Source of the DNA: Atribacterota bacterium
GTDB taxonomy: Bacteria > Atribacterota > Phoenicimicrobiia > Phoenicimicrobiales > Phoenicimicrobiaceae
DNA: 18,132 bases
Assembly (NCBI GenBank): GCA_038203565.1
Contig: JBBRDV010000025.1
Location: 1-18,132 of the forward strand
Direction: 5' to 3'
Every line of letters starts with the position of its first letter. Position 1 is the stretch's first letter. The position numbers were made by a program, and so were the translations under genes. This document shows, piece by piece, positions 18,106 to 18,132 of the stretch. The notes beneath the pieces were generated by a model. That model was not told the DNA's origin, made no database searches, and worked only from the letters and a program-made list of their open reading frames with translations.

Positions 18106-18132
18106 TACTCCTCCGTTTACATGGGGTCAGGT

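Noticed and set aside
18106..18132. 3' end of a gene upstream of nusB (possibly ...PDPM*)
   Set aside because: Too short to identify or to fix the frame.

Overview
AT-rich bacterial core-genome window. All supported genes lie on the minus strand. In transcription order they are nusB-xseA-xseB-ispA | rph-rdgB | 7 tRNAs (Pro-TGG, Gly-TCC, Arg-TCT, His-GTG, Arg-TCG, Lys-TTT, Leu-TAG) | tig-clpP-clpX-lon | T-box leader-valS-folC-comEA-comEC; comEC runs off the left edge and is missing from the ORF track. There is no transposase, integrase, CRISPR array or defence gene. The interesting signal is non-coding. (1) A valine T-box riboswitch (GUC specifier) uses a transcriptional terminator but has a short Stem I lacking the tRNA-elbow module. 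(2) Four identical 22-bp REP-like units are arranged as two REPIN-like palindromes: one sits in the loop of T-box Stem III, the other is positioned as the lon terminator, and together they bracket the valS promoter and aptamer. (3) comEA/comEC appear co-transcribed behind this T-box. (4) Inverted heptamer tandem arrays mark the ispA/rph junction. (5) tRNA-Lys and tRNA-Arg(UCG) have non-canonical positions, and trigger factor and IspA have degenerate motifs. All calls are by eye with no database searches, so novelty claims are hypotheses.
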